DNA of 64,000 bases from an uncultured Acidobacteriota bacterium (GTDB lineage: Bacteria; Acidobacteriota; Vicinamibacteria; Vicinamibacterales; Fen-181). Shown piece by piece: positions 1 through 10,200 of the stretch (its first letter is position 1; every line of letters starts with the position of its first letter). A program made the translations under genes and the position numbers. The stretch is taken from the NCBI GenBank assembly GCA_963776495.1, contig CAVZMW010000006.1, forward strand, positions 1,045,629 to 1,109,628, written 5' to 3'. A model generated the notes under the pieces. That model was not told the DNA's origin and ran no database searches. It saw only the letters and a list, made by a program, of their open reading frames with translations.

Positions 1-503
1 GCGACGAGATCCGCAAGGACCCGGATGCCGCGCTGGCGAAGACGACGAAGAAGCACGTGCCGTTGCTCTACTACACCGGCGCCGCGTGGGCCGCGGCCTT
101 CGCCATCGACGTGACCGACTCGGACCTGTCGGTCCACCAGACGGCGATGGAGAAGATGATGCGCCGGGCGCTCGCGCTCGACGAGACGTGGGAGCTGGGA
201 TCTTTGCACGATTTCTTCATCTCGTGGGAGGCGGGCCACGCGTCGGCCGGCGGGTCGATGGAGAAGGCCCGCGAGCACTACTCCCGCGCGATGCAGATCT
301 CGGCCGGCGCGCGCGTGTCGCCCATGGTGACCTACGCCGAATCGGTGCTCGTGCCGGAGCAGAAGAAGCAGGAGTTCGAGACACTGTTGAAGGGGGCGCT
401 GGCCGTCGACCTGAGCAAGACGCCGCCCGAGCAGACGCTGGCCAACGTGCTGGCGCAGCGCCGCGCCAAGTGGCTGCTGTCGCGGGTGGACGAGCTGTTC
501 TAG
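1..503 (+). CDS. TRAP-associated TPR protein (TatT-like), 5' end cut by window edge
   Basis: Frame 3 is open from nt 3 to the stop at 501-503; the track ORF 57..503 only begins at an internal GTG. Helical Ala/Leu-rich C-terminus. Lies directly upstream of DctP and fused DctQM genes, as in TatT-type TRAP loci. Family call from memory, not a search. Confidence 0.55.
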   Translation, partial: DEIRKDPDAALAKTTKKHVPLLYYTGAAWAAAFAIDVTDSDLSVHQTAMEKMMRRALALDETWELGSLHDFFISWEAGHASAGGSMEKAREHYSRAMQISAGARVSPMVTYAESVLVPEQKKQEFETLLKGALAVDLSKTPPEQTLANVLAQRRAKWLLSRVDELF

Positions 504-589
504 GCGGCGCGCCGCCCCTGCCCGTCGACAAGCTCAGGGCACCCCGAGCGACGCCGAGGGGTGAAGGGGACGGCCTACAGCTGGAGTAC

Positions 590-613
590 GTAGGCCGGGC
601 CTTCAGGCCCGGC
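590..613 (+). repeat. REP-like GTAG-headed hairpin, copy a
   Basis: gtaggccgggccttcaggcccggc: GTAG head, 8-bp stem gccgggcc/ggcccggc, loop ttca. Related copies at 3666, 39350 and 39396, and inverted at 55605. Confidence 0.6.
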
Positions 614-630
614 AATGGAGATAGCGAATC

Positions 631-1686
631 ATGATGTCGCAAGCAGCTACGCGTCGTCCGCGCTGGGTCGCGCTCACCCTTGCCTTGTCACTTGTCGCCG
701 CCGTGTGCGCGTTCCCGGCGACCGCCGCCGCGCAGACGGTAACGATCAAGATGGCCACGGTCGTGCCGACCAACTCGTCGTGGTTCCTCGTGCTCAAAGA
801 GGTCGCCGACAAGTGGAACAAGCTGTCGAACGGCCGCGTGCGGGTGATCCTCTACGGGGGCGGGACCAAGGGCGACGACCCGGAAGTCGTGCAGGCGATG
901 CGGCTGGGCGAGTTGCAGGGGGCGGTCCTGAGCTCGGTGGGGATCGCGCAGATCGACCCATCGGTGTACGCGCTCAGCATCCCGATGGCCTACGACTCGT
1001 ACGACGAGGTCTACTACGTCCTCGACAAGATGAAGCCGCGGCTCGAGGCGTCGATCGCGTCCAAGGGGTTCGTCGTGCTCAACTGGGCCGACGGGGGCTG
1101 GCTCAGGTTCTTCACCACGAGCCCGGTGACGACGCCGGACGACCTGAAGAAGCTGACGCTGTTCCAGTGGGCGGGCGACGCCAAGTCGCTCGAGATCTGG
1201 AAGACGGCCGGCTTCAAGGTGCGCCCCGCCGCGCTGAGCGACCTGCCGATGGGCCTGTCCACGGGCCTGTTCCAGGCGTGCGCGCTGTCTCCGCAGGTGG
1301 CGCAGATCGGGCGCTACTACGAGCGGGCGAAGTTCATGACCGACGTGCAGTGGGCGCTGCTGCTCGGCGCGACGGTGATCAAGAACGAGACCTGGGCGCA
1401 GGTGCCGGCCGACATCAAGCCGGCGCTGCTGAAGGCGATGCAGGAAGCCGGTACGAAGCTGCAGGCCGACATCCGGCAGAGCGGCGAGAAGGATCTCGTC
1501 GCCATGAAGGGCGCCGGGTTGACGGTCGTGCCGGTGGACGCGAAGACGAAGGCGCTGTGGCTGAAGACGGCGGAGAGCGCCTACGGGAAGATCCGCGGCG
1601 AGTTCGTGCCGGCCGACGCGTTCGACGAGGCGATGAAGTACCGCGACGAGTACCGGAAGGCGCACGCCACCGCTCCGAAGAAGTAG
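631..1686 (+). CDS. TRAP transporter solute-binding protein, DctP family
   Basis: 351 aa ORF with signal peptide (ALTLALSLVAAVCAFPATAAAQ), GGAG 11 nt upstream and typical DctP-like length and sequence. Followed by the TRAP permease. Confidence 0.85.
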   Translation: MMSQAATRRPRWVALTLALSLVAAVCAFPATAAAQTVTIKMATVVPTNSSWFLVLKEVADKWNKLSNGRVRVILYGGGTKGDDPEVVQAMRLGELQGAVLSSVGIAQIDPSVYALSIPMAYDSYDEVYYVLDKMKPRLEASIASKGFVVLNWADGGWLRFFTTSPVTTPDDLKKLTLFQWAGDAKSLEIWKTAGFKVRPAALSDLPMGLSTGLFQACALSPQVAQIGRYYERAKFMTDVQWALLLGATVIKNETWAQVPADIKPALLKAMQEAGTKLQADIRQSGEKDLVAMKGAGLTVVPVDAKTKALWLKTAESAYGKIRGEFVPADAFDEAMKYRDEYRKAHATAPKK

Positions 1687-1699
1687 CCGGGCCGCCGCC

Positions 1700-3565
1700 A
1701 TGATCGAAACCACTCCGGAACCGACCGCCGCCGGGGGCGGATGGCTCACCAGGCTCGCCAACTTCACCGAGGAGACGATCCTCACGGCGACCCTCGCGCT
1801 GGTGACCGTGCTCCTGCTCTTCGATCCCATCGGTCGCCTGGTGGGCGGCATTCACATTCCCGGCAAGGACGAGTACGTCAAGCAGCTGACGCTCTGGCTG
1901 GCGTTCGTCGGCGGTCTGGCCGCGGCGAGGCAGGGCAAGCACCTGACGCTGTCGACCTCGGAGTTCTTCGGCGACGGCCTGGCGCGGCGCCTCACGCGCC
2001 TGTTCGCGTTCTCGGTGGCGGCGGCCGTCGTGGCCGTTCTCGCCAAGGGCGCGCTCGACATCGTGCTCGTGAACCGCACGTTCCCCGACACCGGGGCGAT
2101 GCCCATCGGCATCCCGGAGTGGGTCTCCGAGTCGATCATGCCGCTGGCGCTCGGGCTGATGGCGCTCACCTTCGCCTACCAGGCGTCGAATCGCTGGTGG
2201 GGCCGGCTGGTGGCCGTCCTGGCGATCCCGACGGCGTTCTCGCTGGGGCTGTTGCCCCAGAGCATGGCCGCCCACGTCTGGCCCCTCACGCTGGTCGTGC
2301 TCCTCGCGGCGCTGGTCGGCGCGCCGGTGTTCGTCGCGATGGGCGGCATCGCGGCCGTGCTGTTCTTCACCGAGGGGACGCCGGTGTCGGCCGTCACGCG
2401 CCGGGTGTACGACCTGATCGCGTCGCCGACGCTGCCGGCCATCCCGCTGCTGACGGTCGCCGGCTACGTGCTGGCCGAGAGCGCCGCGGCCGAGCGGCTC
2501 GTGCGCTTCTTCCGCTCGGTGTTCGGCTGGATGCCGGGCGGCCTCGCCGTCATGGTGGCCGCCGTCTGCGCGCTGTTCACGACCTTCACGGGCGGGTCGG
2601 GCGTGACGATCATCGCGCTCGGCGGGCTGGTCTACCCGATCCTCCGCAAGGACGGGTACTCGGAAGGCTTCTCGCTCGGCCTGGTCACCGCGGCCGGATC
2701 GCTCGGCCTGCTGTTCCCGCCGAGCCTGCCGGTGGTGCTCTACTCGGTCGTCGCCAGCTCGCGCGACCAGGTGGTCGGGCTCGACCAGCTCTACATCGCC
2801 GGGTTCCTGCCGGGCCTCCTCCTCGTCGTCCTGACGGCGGCGTACGGAATCCTCGTCGGCCGGCACGTCGCCCGCGCGCGGCAGGCCTTCAAGTGGAAGG
2901 AACTGTTCGTCGCCACGTGGAAGGCCAAGTGGGAACTGGCCCTCCCCTTCGTCGTCATCGGCATGTACGCCAGCGGCTGGCTCACGATGCTGGAGACGGC
3001 GGCGGCGGCCGTGGCCTACACGGTCATCGTCGAGTGCTTCATCACGCGCGACCTGCACGTGTTCAAGACGCTGCCGGGGGTGCTGCTGAAGGCGGCGGGC
3101 CTGATGGGCGCGGTGCTCATTCTGCTCAGCATCGCGATGGGGTTGACCAACTACCTCGTGGACGCGCAGGTCCCCGACCTGGTGCTCGCGTGGGTGCAGG
3201 CGCACATCCACTCGAAGGAAGTGTTCCTGCTGGCGCTCAACGTGTTCCTGCTCGTGGTGGGCAGCGTGGTCGAAATCTACGCGGCGATCGTGATCCTGGC
3301 GCCGCTCGTCGTGCCGCTGGGGATCGCCTACGGCGTGAACCCGATCCACCTGGGCGTAATCTTCCTGTCGAACCTGGAACTGGGGTTCCTGTTCCCGCCG
3401 GTCGGGCTGAACCTCTTCCTGTCTTCGTCGCGGTTCGGCACGTCGCTGCCGAAGCTGTACCGCCACGTGATCCCGTTCCTGATCATTCTCGCGATCGGCG
3501 TGCTGCTCATCACCTACGTCGACGCGATGTCGCTCGGGCTGTTGAGGCTGATGGGGAAGAGCTAG
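1700..3565 (+). CDS. TRAP transporter fused small/large permease (DctQ-DctM fusion)
   Basis: 621 aa polytopic membrane protein. The N-terminal ~170 aa are DctQ-like and the remainder DctM-like. Starts 14 nt after the DctP stop. Confidence 0.85.
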   Translation: MIETTPEPTAAGGGWLTRLANFTEETILTATLALVTVLLLFDPIGRLVGGIHIPGKDEYVKQLTLWLAFVGGLAAARQGKHLTLSTSEFFGDGLARRLTRLFAFSVAAAVVAVLAKGALDIVLVNRTFPDTGAMPIGIPEWVSESIMPLALGLMALTFAYQASNRWWGRLVAVLAIPTAFSLGLLPQSMAAHVWPLTLVVLLAALVGAPVFVAMGGIAAVLFFTEGTPVSAVTRRVYDLIASPTLPAIPLLTVAGYVLAESAAAERLVRFFRSVFGWMPGGLAVMVAAVCALFTTFTGGSGVTIIALGGLVYPILRKDGYSEGFSLGLVTAAGSLGLLFPPSLPVVLYSVVASSRDQVVGLDQLYIAGFLPGLLLVVLTAAYGILVGRHVARARQAFKWKELFVATWKAKWELALPFVVIGMYASGWLTMLETAAAAVAYTVIVECFITRDLHVFKTLPGVLLKAAGLMGAVLILLSIAMGLTNYLVDAQVPDLVLAWVQAHIHSKEVFLLALNVFLLVVGSVVEIYAAIVILAPLVVPLGIAYGVNPIHLGVIFLSNLELGFLFPPVGLNLFLSSSRFGTSLPKLYRHVIPFLIILAIGVLLITYVDAMSLGLLRLMGKS

Positions 3566-3580
3566 ACGGGAAGCGGGGCC

Positions 3581-3660
3581 GGCTGACGGCCGATGGCCGA
3601 AGGCTGATGGCCGTGCACGTCTGACACCGCCTTCAGCCGTCGGTCCTCAGCCTTCAGCCC
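3581..3660. repeat. Heptad repeat arrays forming an inverted pair
   Basis: Left arm ggctgac ggccgat ggccgaa ggctgat ggccgtg (3581-3615). Right arm gccttca gccgtcg gtcctca gccttca (3629-3656) is its imperfect reverse complement. Lies between the convergent 3' ends of the TRAP permease and the NmrA gene. Confidence 0.8.
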
Positions 3661-3665
3661 GTTCT

Positions 3666-3690
3666 GTAGGGCGCGGCCTTCAGGCCCGCC
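3666..3690 (+). repeat. REP-like GTAG-headed hairpin, copy b
   Basis: gtagggcgcggccttcaggcccgcc. Its right arm supplies the last codons (W R A stop) of the minus-strand NmrA gene. Confidence 0.6.
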
Positions 3691-4540
3691 ACTCCTGCAC
3701 GAGCTCGGCCGCGTAGGCCTCAAAGCCCCGGGGCGCGTGGCCGAGCAGGGCCTCCTGCGCGGCGAAGTCCCGGCCGCTCGCGTGCAGCCCGAACCGGATG
3801 AAGTAGTCGTACATGATCCGGAAGTCCTCGAGCATCCAGGCCGGGTAGACCGACGCCACCTGCCGCGCCCAGACGTCGAGATCGTCGCCGCCGTACCGGA
3901 TCGTGCGGCCGAGCGCCTCGCTGTAGACGCGCGCCGTGTCGTCGCCCGTGAGTCCGCGCGGTCCGTGGAGCGGGACGATCCCCGCGCCGCCGCCGCGCGA
4001 GAAGGCGTTCACGGCCGCTTCGGCGATGTCGCGCACGTCCACCCGATTGAGCCCGCGCGGACCGATCGGCTGCGGGTAGACGCCGAACTTCGTGATCGCC
4101 TCGCGCGACCAGGCGTCGTTCTGGAAGAAGTTGTTCGGCCGGAGGATGGTCCACGCCGCCCCCGAGGCCTGCACCGCCTGCTCGACCGGCACCTTCGAGG
4201 CGAAATGCGGGATCGCCTCGCAGCCGGGAGCCATGGCGACCGACATGTAGACCAGACGGCCGGTGCGGGCAGCCCTGGCCGCATCGACGGCGGCCAGCCC
4301 CTGGGCCGTTTCGTTCTGGACGACCGGGACGAGCAGGAACACCCCGTCCGCCCCGCGGAAGGCCGCGGGCAGCGTGGCGGGGTTCTCGAGATCGGCGACG
4401 ACGTGCGCGACGCCCGGCGGGAGCCGGCGGGCCTTGTCTGCCGAGCGCGTCATCACGCACGGCTCGTGTCCCCGCGCGAGGAGTTTCGCCACCACCGCCG
4501 AACCGACCGTTCCCGTTCCGCCGATCACCAGCACCTTCAT
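3680..4540 (-). CDS. NmrA-family NAD(P)-binding protein
   Basis: Rossmann N-terminus MKVLVIGGTGTVGSAVV starts at ATG 4540. The track ORF start at 4612 would translate the heptad array and is rejected. NmrA-like length and sequence. Confidence 0.8.
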   Translation of the reverse strand: MKVLVIGGTGTVGSAVVAKLLARGHEPCVMTRSADKARRLPPGVAHVVADLENPATLPAAFRGADGVFLLVPVVQNETAQGLAAVDAARAARTGRLVYMSVAMAPGCEAIPHFASKVPVEQAVQASGAAWTILRPNNFFQNDAWSREAITKFGVYPQPIGPRGLNRVDVRDIAEAAVNAFSRGGGAGIVPLHGPRGLTGDDTARVYSEALGRTIRYGGDDLDVWARQVASVYPAWMLEDFRIMYDYFIRFGLHASGRDFAAQEALLGHAPRGFEAYAAELVQEWRA

Positions 4541-4553
4541 GCCGACGCCTCCC

Positions 4554-4609
4554 TCGAGCCTGAGTCCTGAGCCTTGAGTCTTGAGTCCTGAGCCCCGACC
4601 CCCGAGCCT
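4554..4609. repeat. Heptad repeat array, 8 units
   Basis: tcgagcc tgagtcc tgagcct tgagtct tgagtcc tgagccc cgacccc cgagcct. Lies immediately 5' of the NmrA start codon, in the promoter/5' UTR region. Confidence 0.8.
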
Positions 4610-4703
4610 CATCGTGCCGCATTACGGCCGGGCACTGCAAGGCGCGGGGAGATGTTACAGTAAGGCGAGGTTGCACCCCGACGGTCTCTGAAAGGCGAGC
4701 ACG

Positions 4704-5024
4704 ATGCACATCGAACATCCCCACGCGCTGGGCCGACAGGAAGCCATGTCCCGGCTCGATCACCTGCTCGACGCCCTGGTCAAGGACCCGCCCGGCGGCG
4801 CGGAGATCGGGAACATCGTCACCGAGTGGGACGACAACCGGATGCGGTTCTCGTTCACGGCCTCGAAGGGGGGGTTTGGCACGACCATTCGCGGCACGCT
4901 CGAGGTGACCGACGACCGCGTCGTGGTGGACGCCGACCTGCCGGTGCTCGTCAAGGCCGCCCTTGGCGAGGCGCGCGTGCAGCAGGCCGTTTCGGGCGGC
5001 CTGAAGGACGTGCTGGGGCAGTAG
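4704..5024 (+). CDS. Small polyhydroxyalkanoic-acid-system-family-like protein
   Basis: 106 aa. Its size and pattern (IEHPHALGRQEA...RMRFSF...RGTLEVTDDRVVVDADLP) resemble the small putative PHA system protein family. From recollection only. Confidence 0.45.
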   Translation: MHIEHPHALGRQEAMSRLDHLLDALVKDPPGGAEIGNIVTEWDDNRMRFSFTASKGGFGTTIRGTLEVTDDRVVVDADLPVLVKAALGEARVQQAVSGGLKDVLGQ

Positions 5025-5043
5025 GGAAGGAGACGACCTGTCG

Positions 5044-7140
5044 ATGGCGATTTCCAACTGCCCGCCGAGCGCCTGGGCGATGGCCGAAGGGCTTCCGTCG
5101 CCGCTGGGCGCGTCGTGGAACGAGCGCGCCCGCGCGTGGAACTTCGCGCTCTATTCCAAGCACGCGACGTCGGTCACGCTGCTGCTCTACGCGCCCGGCC
5201 AGGTCGCCGAGCCGGTGCGCCGCGTCCGGTTCGATCCGATCGCCAACAAGTCGGGCCGCGTCTGGCACTGCTGGATCCCGGAGGCCGATCTCCAGGGCGC
5301 GGTCTACTACGCCTACTCGGTGGACGGCCCCCGCGAGCCGTGGGCCGGGCTCCGCTTCGATCCGGACAAGGTGCTGCTCGACCCTTACGCGCGAGCCGTC
5401 TTCTTCCCGCCGGACTTCGACCGCGAGGCCGCCCGGCGGCCGGGCAGCACCGCGGGGCGCGCGCCGCTCGGCGTGCTCGAGGCCAGCCGGCACTCCAACG
5501 GCTGGACGGAGGGCTGCCGTCCGCGCCACGCCTGGGACACGGTGATCTACGAGATGCACGTCCGCGGCTTCACGCGGCGGGCGAACTCGGGTGTGGCGCC
5601 CGAGCGCCGCGGGACGTTCGCCGGCGTCATCGACAAGATCCCCTACCTGCTGGACCTCGGCGTGACGGTCGTCGAGTTGCTGCCCGTCTTCCAGCGCGAT
5701 CCCCAGGAACGAAACTACTGGGGCTACATGCCCCTCAGCTTCTTCGTCCCGCACGCGCAGTACGCGGCCGCCGGCACGCCGGAAGCGGCAATCGACGAGA
5801 TGCGGGAGATGGTCGGCGCGTTGCACGAGGCCGGCATCGAAGTCGTCCTCGACGTCGTCTACAACCATACCGTGGAAGGAAACGAGCACGGGCCGACCTA
5901 CAGCTACCGCGGGATCGACAACCTCGCGTACTACCTGATGCAGGTCGATCGCAGCCAGTACCGCAACGACGCCGGGACCGGGAACGTGCTGCACACGGCG
6001 AACATGGCGGTCCGCAAGATGGTGGTCGACAGCATGCGGTTCTGGGCGCGCGAGATGCACGTCGACGGGTTCCGCTTCGACCTCGCGTCGATCTTCACCC
6101 GGCGGACCGACGGGTCGATCGACCTGCACGACCCGCCGATGATCTCCTCCATCAACGCCGATCCGGACTTCCGCGAACTGCGGCTGATCGCCGAGGCGTG
6201 GGACCTCGAGAGCTACCAGCTCGGGCGGCGCTTCCCCGGCGTCGGGTGGTACCAGTGGAACGACCGGTTCCGCGACGAGGTGCGGGCCTTCGTCCGCGGG
6301 GACCGCGGCACGGTCGGCAACCTCATGACACGGCTCTACGGCAGCGCCGACCAGTTCCCGGACGGGTTGCTCGACGCCTACCACGCCTACCAGAGCGTGA
6401 ACTTCGTCACGGCCCACGACGGGTTCTGCCTGTACGACCTCGTGTCGTACAACGAGAAGCACAACCTGGCCAACGGCGAGGAGAACGCCGACGGGGCGAA
6501 GAACAACCTGAGCTGGAACTGCGGTCACGAGGGCGACGAGGGAGCGCCCCCCGAGGTGCTGGCGCTGCGCCGGCAGCAGGTGAAGAACTTCTGCGCGCTG
6601 CTGTTCCTCTCGAACGGCACGCCGATGCTCCTCGCCGGCGACGAGTTCATGCAGACGCAGGGCGGCAACAACAACCCCTACAACCAGGACAACGAGACCA
6701 CCTGGCTCGACTGGTCCAGGCTCGAACGCCACGCGGACGTCTACCGCTTCTTCAAGATGATGATCGCGTTCCGCAAGGCGCACCCGTCGATCGGACGGAG
6801 CCGTTTCTGGCGCGACGACATCAGCTGGTACGGCGTCGGGCCCAAGGTGGACTGGAGCGACGAGTCGCGCCAGCTCGCCTGCTGCCTGCACGGGGCGTCG
6901 CAGGGGGACCGCGACCTCTACGTGATGTTCAACGCCGGCGCCGCGGACCTGAAGTTCCGGGTGCAGGAGGGAAGCGCGGCCGAGTGGGTGCGCGTCGTGG
7001 ACACCGCGCAGCCCTCGCCGCAGGACATCGTGCCCGAGGACCAGGCCGCCAGGATGAAGTCGATGACCTGCCCGGTCCGCGCGCGGTCCGTCGTCGCGCT
7101 CGTGCGCAACCGCGGCACGGCGCCTCAAACCGGCCGTTAG
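5044..7140 (+). CDS. glgX: Glycogen debranching enzyme (isoamylase-type GH13)
   Basis: 698 aa with GH13 signatures: VILDVVYNHT, GFRFDLASI, EAWD, FVTAHDGF. The N-terminal region is typical of GlgX. An alternative start at M13 (5080) is possible. Confidence 0.9.
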   Translation: MAISNCPPSAWAMAEGLPSPLGASWNERARAWNFALYSKHATSVTLLLYAPGQVAEPVRRVRFDPIANKSGRVWHCWIPEADLQGAVYYAYSVDGPREPWAGLRFDPDKVLLDPYARAVFFPPDFDREAARRPGSTAGRAPLGVLEASRHSNGWTEGCRPRHAWDTVIYEMHVRGFTRRANSGVAPERRGTFAGVIDKIPYLLDLGVTVVELLPVFQRDPQERNYWGYMPLSFFVPHAQYAAAGTPEAAIDEMREMVGALHEAGIEVVLDVVYNHTVEGNEHGPTYSYRGIDNLAYYLMQVDRSQYRNDAGTGNVLHTANMAVRKMVVDSMRFWAREMHVDGFRFDLASIFTRRTDGSIDLHDPPMISSINADPDFRELRLIAEAWDLESYQLGRRFPGVGWYQWNDRFRDEVRAFVRGDRGTVGNLMTRLYGSADQFPDGLLDAYHAYQSVNFVTAHDGFCLYDLVSYNEKHNLANGEENADGAKNNLSWNCGHEGDEGAPPEVLALRRQQVKNFCALLFLSNGTPMLLAGDEFMQTQGGNNNPYNQDNETTWLDWSRLERHADVYRFFKMMIAFRKAHPSIGRSRFWRDDISWYGVGPKVDWSDESRQLACCLHGASQGDRDLYVMFNAGAADLKFRVQEGSAAEWVRVVDTAQPSPQDIVPEDQAARMKSMTCPVRARSVVALVRNRGTAPQTGR

Positions 7141-7225
7141 CTGGCAACTGGCAGCGGAAGGGCAGCCAGCAGGTGATTCCCGCCGGCTGCCCCCGAAGGT
7201 GAAATCCGCTGTCAACCATCCCGGT

Positions 7226-7260
7226 CCCCGACTACGGACCGTGATCCGCTGACCGCTGAC
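7226..7260. repeat. Heptad repeat array, 5 units
   Basis: Read on the minus strand: gtcagcg gtcagcg gatcacg gtccgta gtcgggg. Lies at the 3' end of the BNR gene, between convergent genes. Confidence 0.55.
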
Positions 7261-10200
7261 TACTGTCCAAACTCATCCTCGAGCACCTCGACCTTCGTGG
7301 CGTAGGTCTTCCCGCCCACCGACAGCGTGGCGAGATAGGCCCCCGGCTCGACGACCTGCCCGCCGAACCCTCCGCGCCCGCCGCCGCCTCCGCGCCCCTG
7401 GCCGCCGGCGACCGGGGTGAGGCGGAAGTCCCACTGCACGCGGTTGAGGCCGGCGGTCTTCGGGGCCTCGAACGTCCTGATCACCTTGCCGGAGTAATCG
7501 CTGATGGTGAGCTTGACGTCGCCGGCCGCCGCGGCCTTCAGGTAGTAGCTGATGGCCACGCCCGGGGCCGGGTTCTCGCCGGCGAAATTCTTCGCGCCGC
7601 CGATCGACCGGCTCAGCGTGATGTCGGTCTTCCACTCGGTCCCCGGCCGCACGTCGAACAGGTGGGCGTCCTCCTTCATCACCTCGTCGCTGAGATCCTG
7701 GAGCGCCGTGATGTCGTCGAGGATGTAGATGCTCCGCCCGTGGGTCGCGACGATGAGGTCGTTGTCCCTCGGGTGCACCATGACGTCGTCGATGCGGACG
7801 GTGGGCATCCCGTTCATGAACCGCTTCCACTCGGCGCCGCCGTTCAGCGAGACGTAGAAGCCGTACTCGGTGCCCAGGTAGAGCAGGTTCTTGCTCTTCG
7901 GGTCTTCCTTGATGACGTTGACGTTGCCGACCGCCGGCAGGTTGCTCGCGAGCGCCTTCCACGTCTGCCCGTAGTCGCGCGTCACGAAGACGTAGGGCTT
8001 CATGTCGTCGGTCCGGTGGCCGTCGAAGGAGACGTAGCAGGTGGCGGCGTCGAAGTGCGAGGCCTCCACGCGCGAAACGTGGGTCTCCTTGGGCACGCCG
8101 GGCACGTTGTCGACCACGTTCTTCCACGTCTGGCCGCCGTCGCGCGACACCTGGACGTTGCCGTCGTTGGTGCCGACCCAGATCACGCCGGGCATGGCCG
8201 CCGACTCGCTGATCGTGACTATGCTGCTGAAGGCGCCGGCGCCGTCGTGCTTGGACGCCATCGGCGCGTCGCCGGGGACGCCCATGATCGGCCGCACGAA
8301 GCGGCTGATGTTCTTCGTCAGGTCGGGCGAGCCCAGGTAGGTGTCGCCCCGGTCGTACGACCGGAACAACTCGTTGGCGCCGATGTAGACCGTCCTGGGG
8401 TTGAACGGCGACAGGAGGATCGGCGTGTTCCAGAAGAACCGGTACTGCGTGCCTTCGGGCGGCGCGGGCAGGATGTTCCCGCGCTGCGCCATGGCGAACG
8501 CCGCCGTCGCCGGGCCGGCCGGTGCGACGGCCGGGGCCTGACCGGCTGTCGCGGCGCCTCCCGCCTGGCCGCGCTGGCCCTGCGGCGGCCGTGCTGCCGC
8601 GGCCGCGCGCGGCTTGATGCTGGTCGGCCGCCCGCCGCGCAGGTCGACGCGCTGCACGGCGCCGTCCTGCGACTCGACGTAGATCGTCGACCAGTCGGTC
8701 GGGTCCGCCTGCGTGTAGAATCCGTCGCCGCCGCCGACGCGGAACCACTCGGCGTTGGTGATCCCCTCGCTGCTTCGCGTGGCGCTCGGGCCGCCCCACG
8801 TGCCGTTGTCCTGCAGGCCGCCGTACACGTAGTACGGCTTCCGCATGTCGGCGCTGATGGCGTAGAACTGGCCGACCGGCACCGTGTTGACGAACTCCCA
8901 GGTGTCGGCCTGGTCGTAGCTGACGTCGAGGCCGCCGTCGTTGCCGATGATGATGTGCTTCGGGTTCTTCGGATCGATCCACAGGGCGTGGTGGTCGGTG
9001 TGTGCGATCCCCTGCACCACCTTGAACGTCTTGCCGCCGTCAACCGACTTGTGGAAGGGCGCGCCGCACGTGTAGACGATCTGGTCGTTGGTCGGGTCGA
9101 CCCGAATCTGGCTGTAATACATCGGCCGATCGTTGTTGTTGCTCATCAGCTTCCAGGTCTTGCCCCGATCGTCCGACCGCCACACGCCGCTCTTCTTGGG
9201 GTCGGGAGGCGGAGGCGGCTGGCCGGCTGCGGCGCCGCGCTGGCCGCCGCCCCCACCACCACCGCCGCCGCCGCGCGCGCCGGCCACCGCTTCCTTGCCG
9301 TCGGGCCCGACGTTCGCGCCGGTGCCGGGCGAGGCGCCGACCTCGATCTGCGCGTAGAGCACGCCGGCCTTCGAGCGGGCCGCCGAGAGGCCGATCCGCC
9401 CGAGCATCCCCTCGGGGAAGCCGTTGCCGGCGATCCGCGTCCAGGACTTGCCGGCGTCCGCGCTCTTCCACACGCCGCTGCCCGGGCCGCCGCCGTTGAA
9501 GCCCCACGGCACGCGGCGCCGCTGGTAGGACGCGGCGTACAGCGTCTTCGAGTCGAACGGGTCGATCACGATGTCGGTGAACCCCGTGTCGGCGTCGATC
9601 ACCTTGACCGCGGTCCACGTCTTGCCGCCGTCGACCGTCTTGTAGACGCCCCGCTCGGGGTTCGGCCCGAACAGGTGGCCGAGGACCGCGACGTAGACGA
9701 TGTTCGAGTCCTTCGGGTCGATGACGATGCGGGCGATCGACTGCGAGTCCTCGAGGCCCATGTGGGCGAACGTCTTGCCGCCGTCGACCGACTTGTAGAT
9801 GCCGTCGCCGAACGACGAGCTCTGGCGGTTGTTCGCCTCACCGGTGCCGACCCACAGGATGTCCGGGTTGCGCTGATCGACGGCGAGCGCGCCGATCGAG
9901 CAGACCGGGTAGGTGTCGAAGATCGGCGTCCACGTGGTGCCGTTGTTGGTGGTCTTCCAGACGCCGCCGGTGGCGAAGCCGATGTAGATGGTCGAGGGGT
10001 CCGACTCGACCACCGCGAAGTCGTCGATGCGCCCGCCCATGCTGGCGGGGCCGATCGAACGGAACCTGAACGCCTTGAGCAGCGGGTCGTCCGACTGGTT
10101 GATCACCGGGCGGGCGGCGGGCGCGGCCTGTGCGGGCGCCGCGGCCTGTGCGGTCGGCGGCGCCTGTGTCGGACGCTGCGGGGCCTGCGCCGCGGTCCCC

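Noticed and set aside
1415-3466. 683 aa minus-strand ORF, plus similar long ORFs at 688..1851, 4951..7215, 7662..10310, 13434..15527, 16318..18306, 18207..19868, 25921..27516, 30159..32003, 32653..34038, 33897..35384, 35387..38116, 53356..55665, 55719..57143 and 59496..61802
   Set aside because: All are antisense or off-frame shadows of confidently identified genes. Their Arg/Pro/Gly/His-rich, low-complexity translations are typical of stop-codon-poor high-GC DNA, and no family motifs are present.
4704-7140. PHA-system-like small protein plus glgX as a linked storage-polymer system
   Set aside because: The only link is adjacency. No PHA synthase, phasin or further glycogen genes are present, and the small protein's family call is itself tentative.
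7160-7192. Hairpin gggcagcc-N17-ggctgccc after glgX as an intrinsic terminator
   Set aside because: The loop is large and no U-tract follows. It is plausible but too weak to call.
9133-9357. Gly/Pro homopolymer-like tract (GGGGGGGGG...PPPPP) as a DNA repeat element
   Set aside because: It lies in frame within the BNR protein as an interdomain low-complexity linker. It is not an independent repeat or gene.
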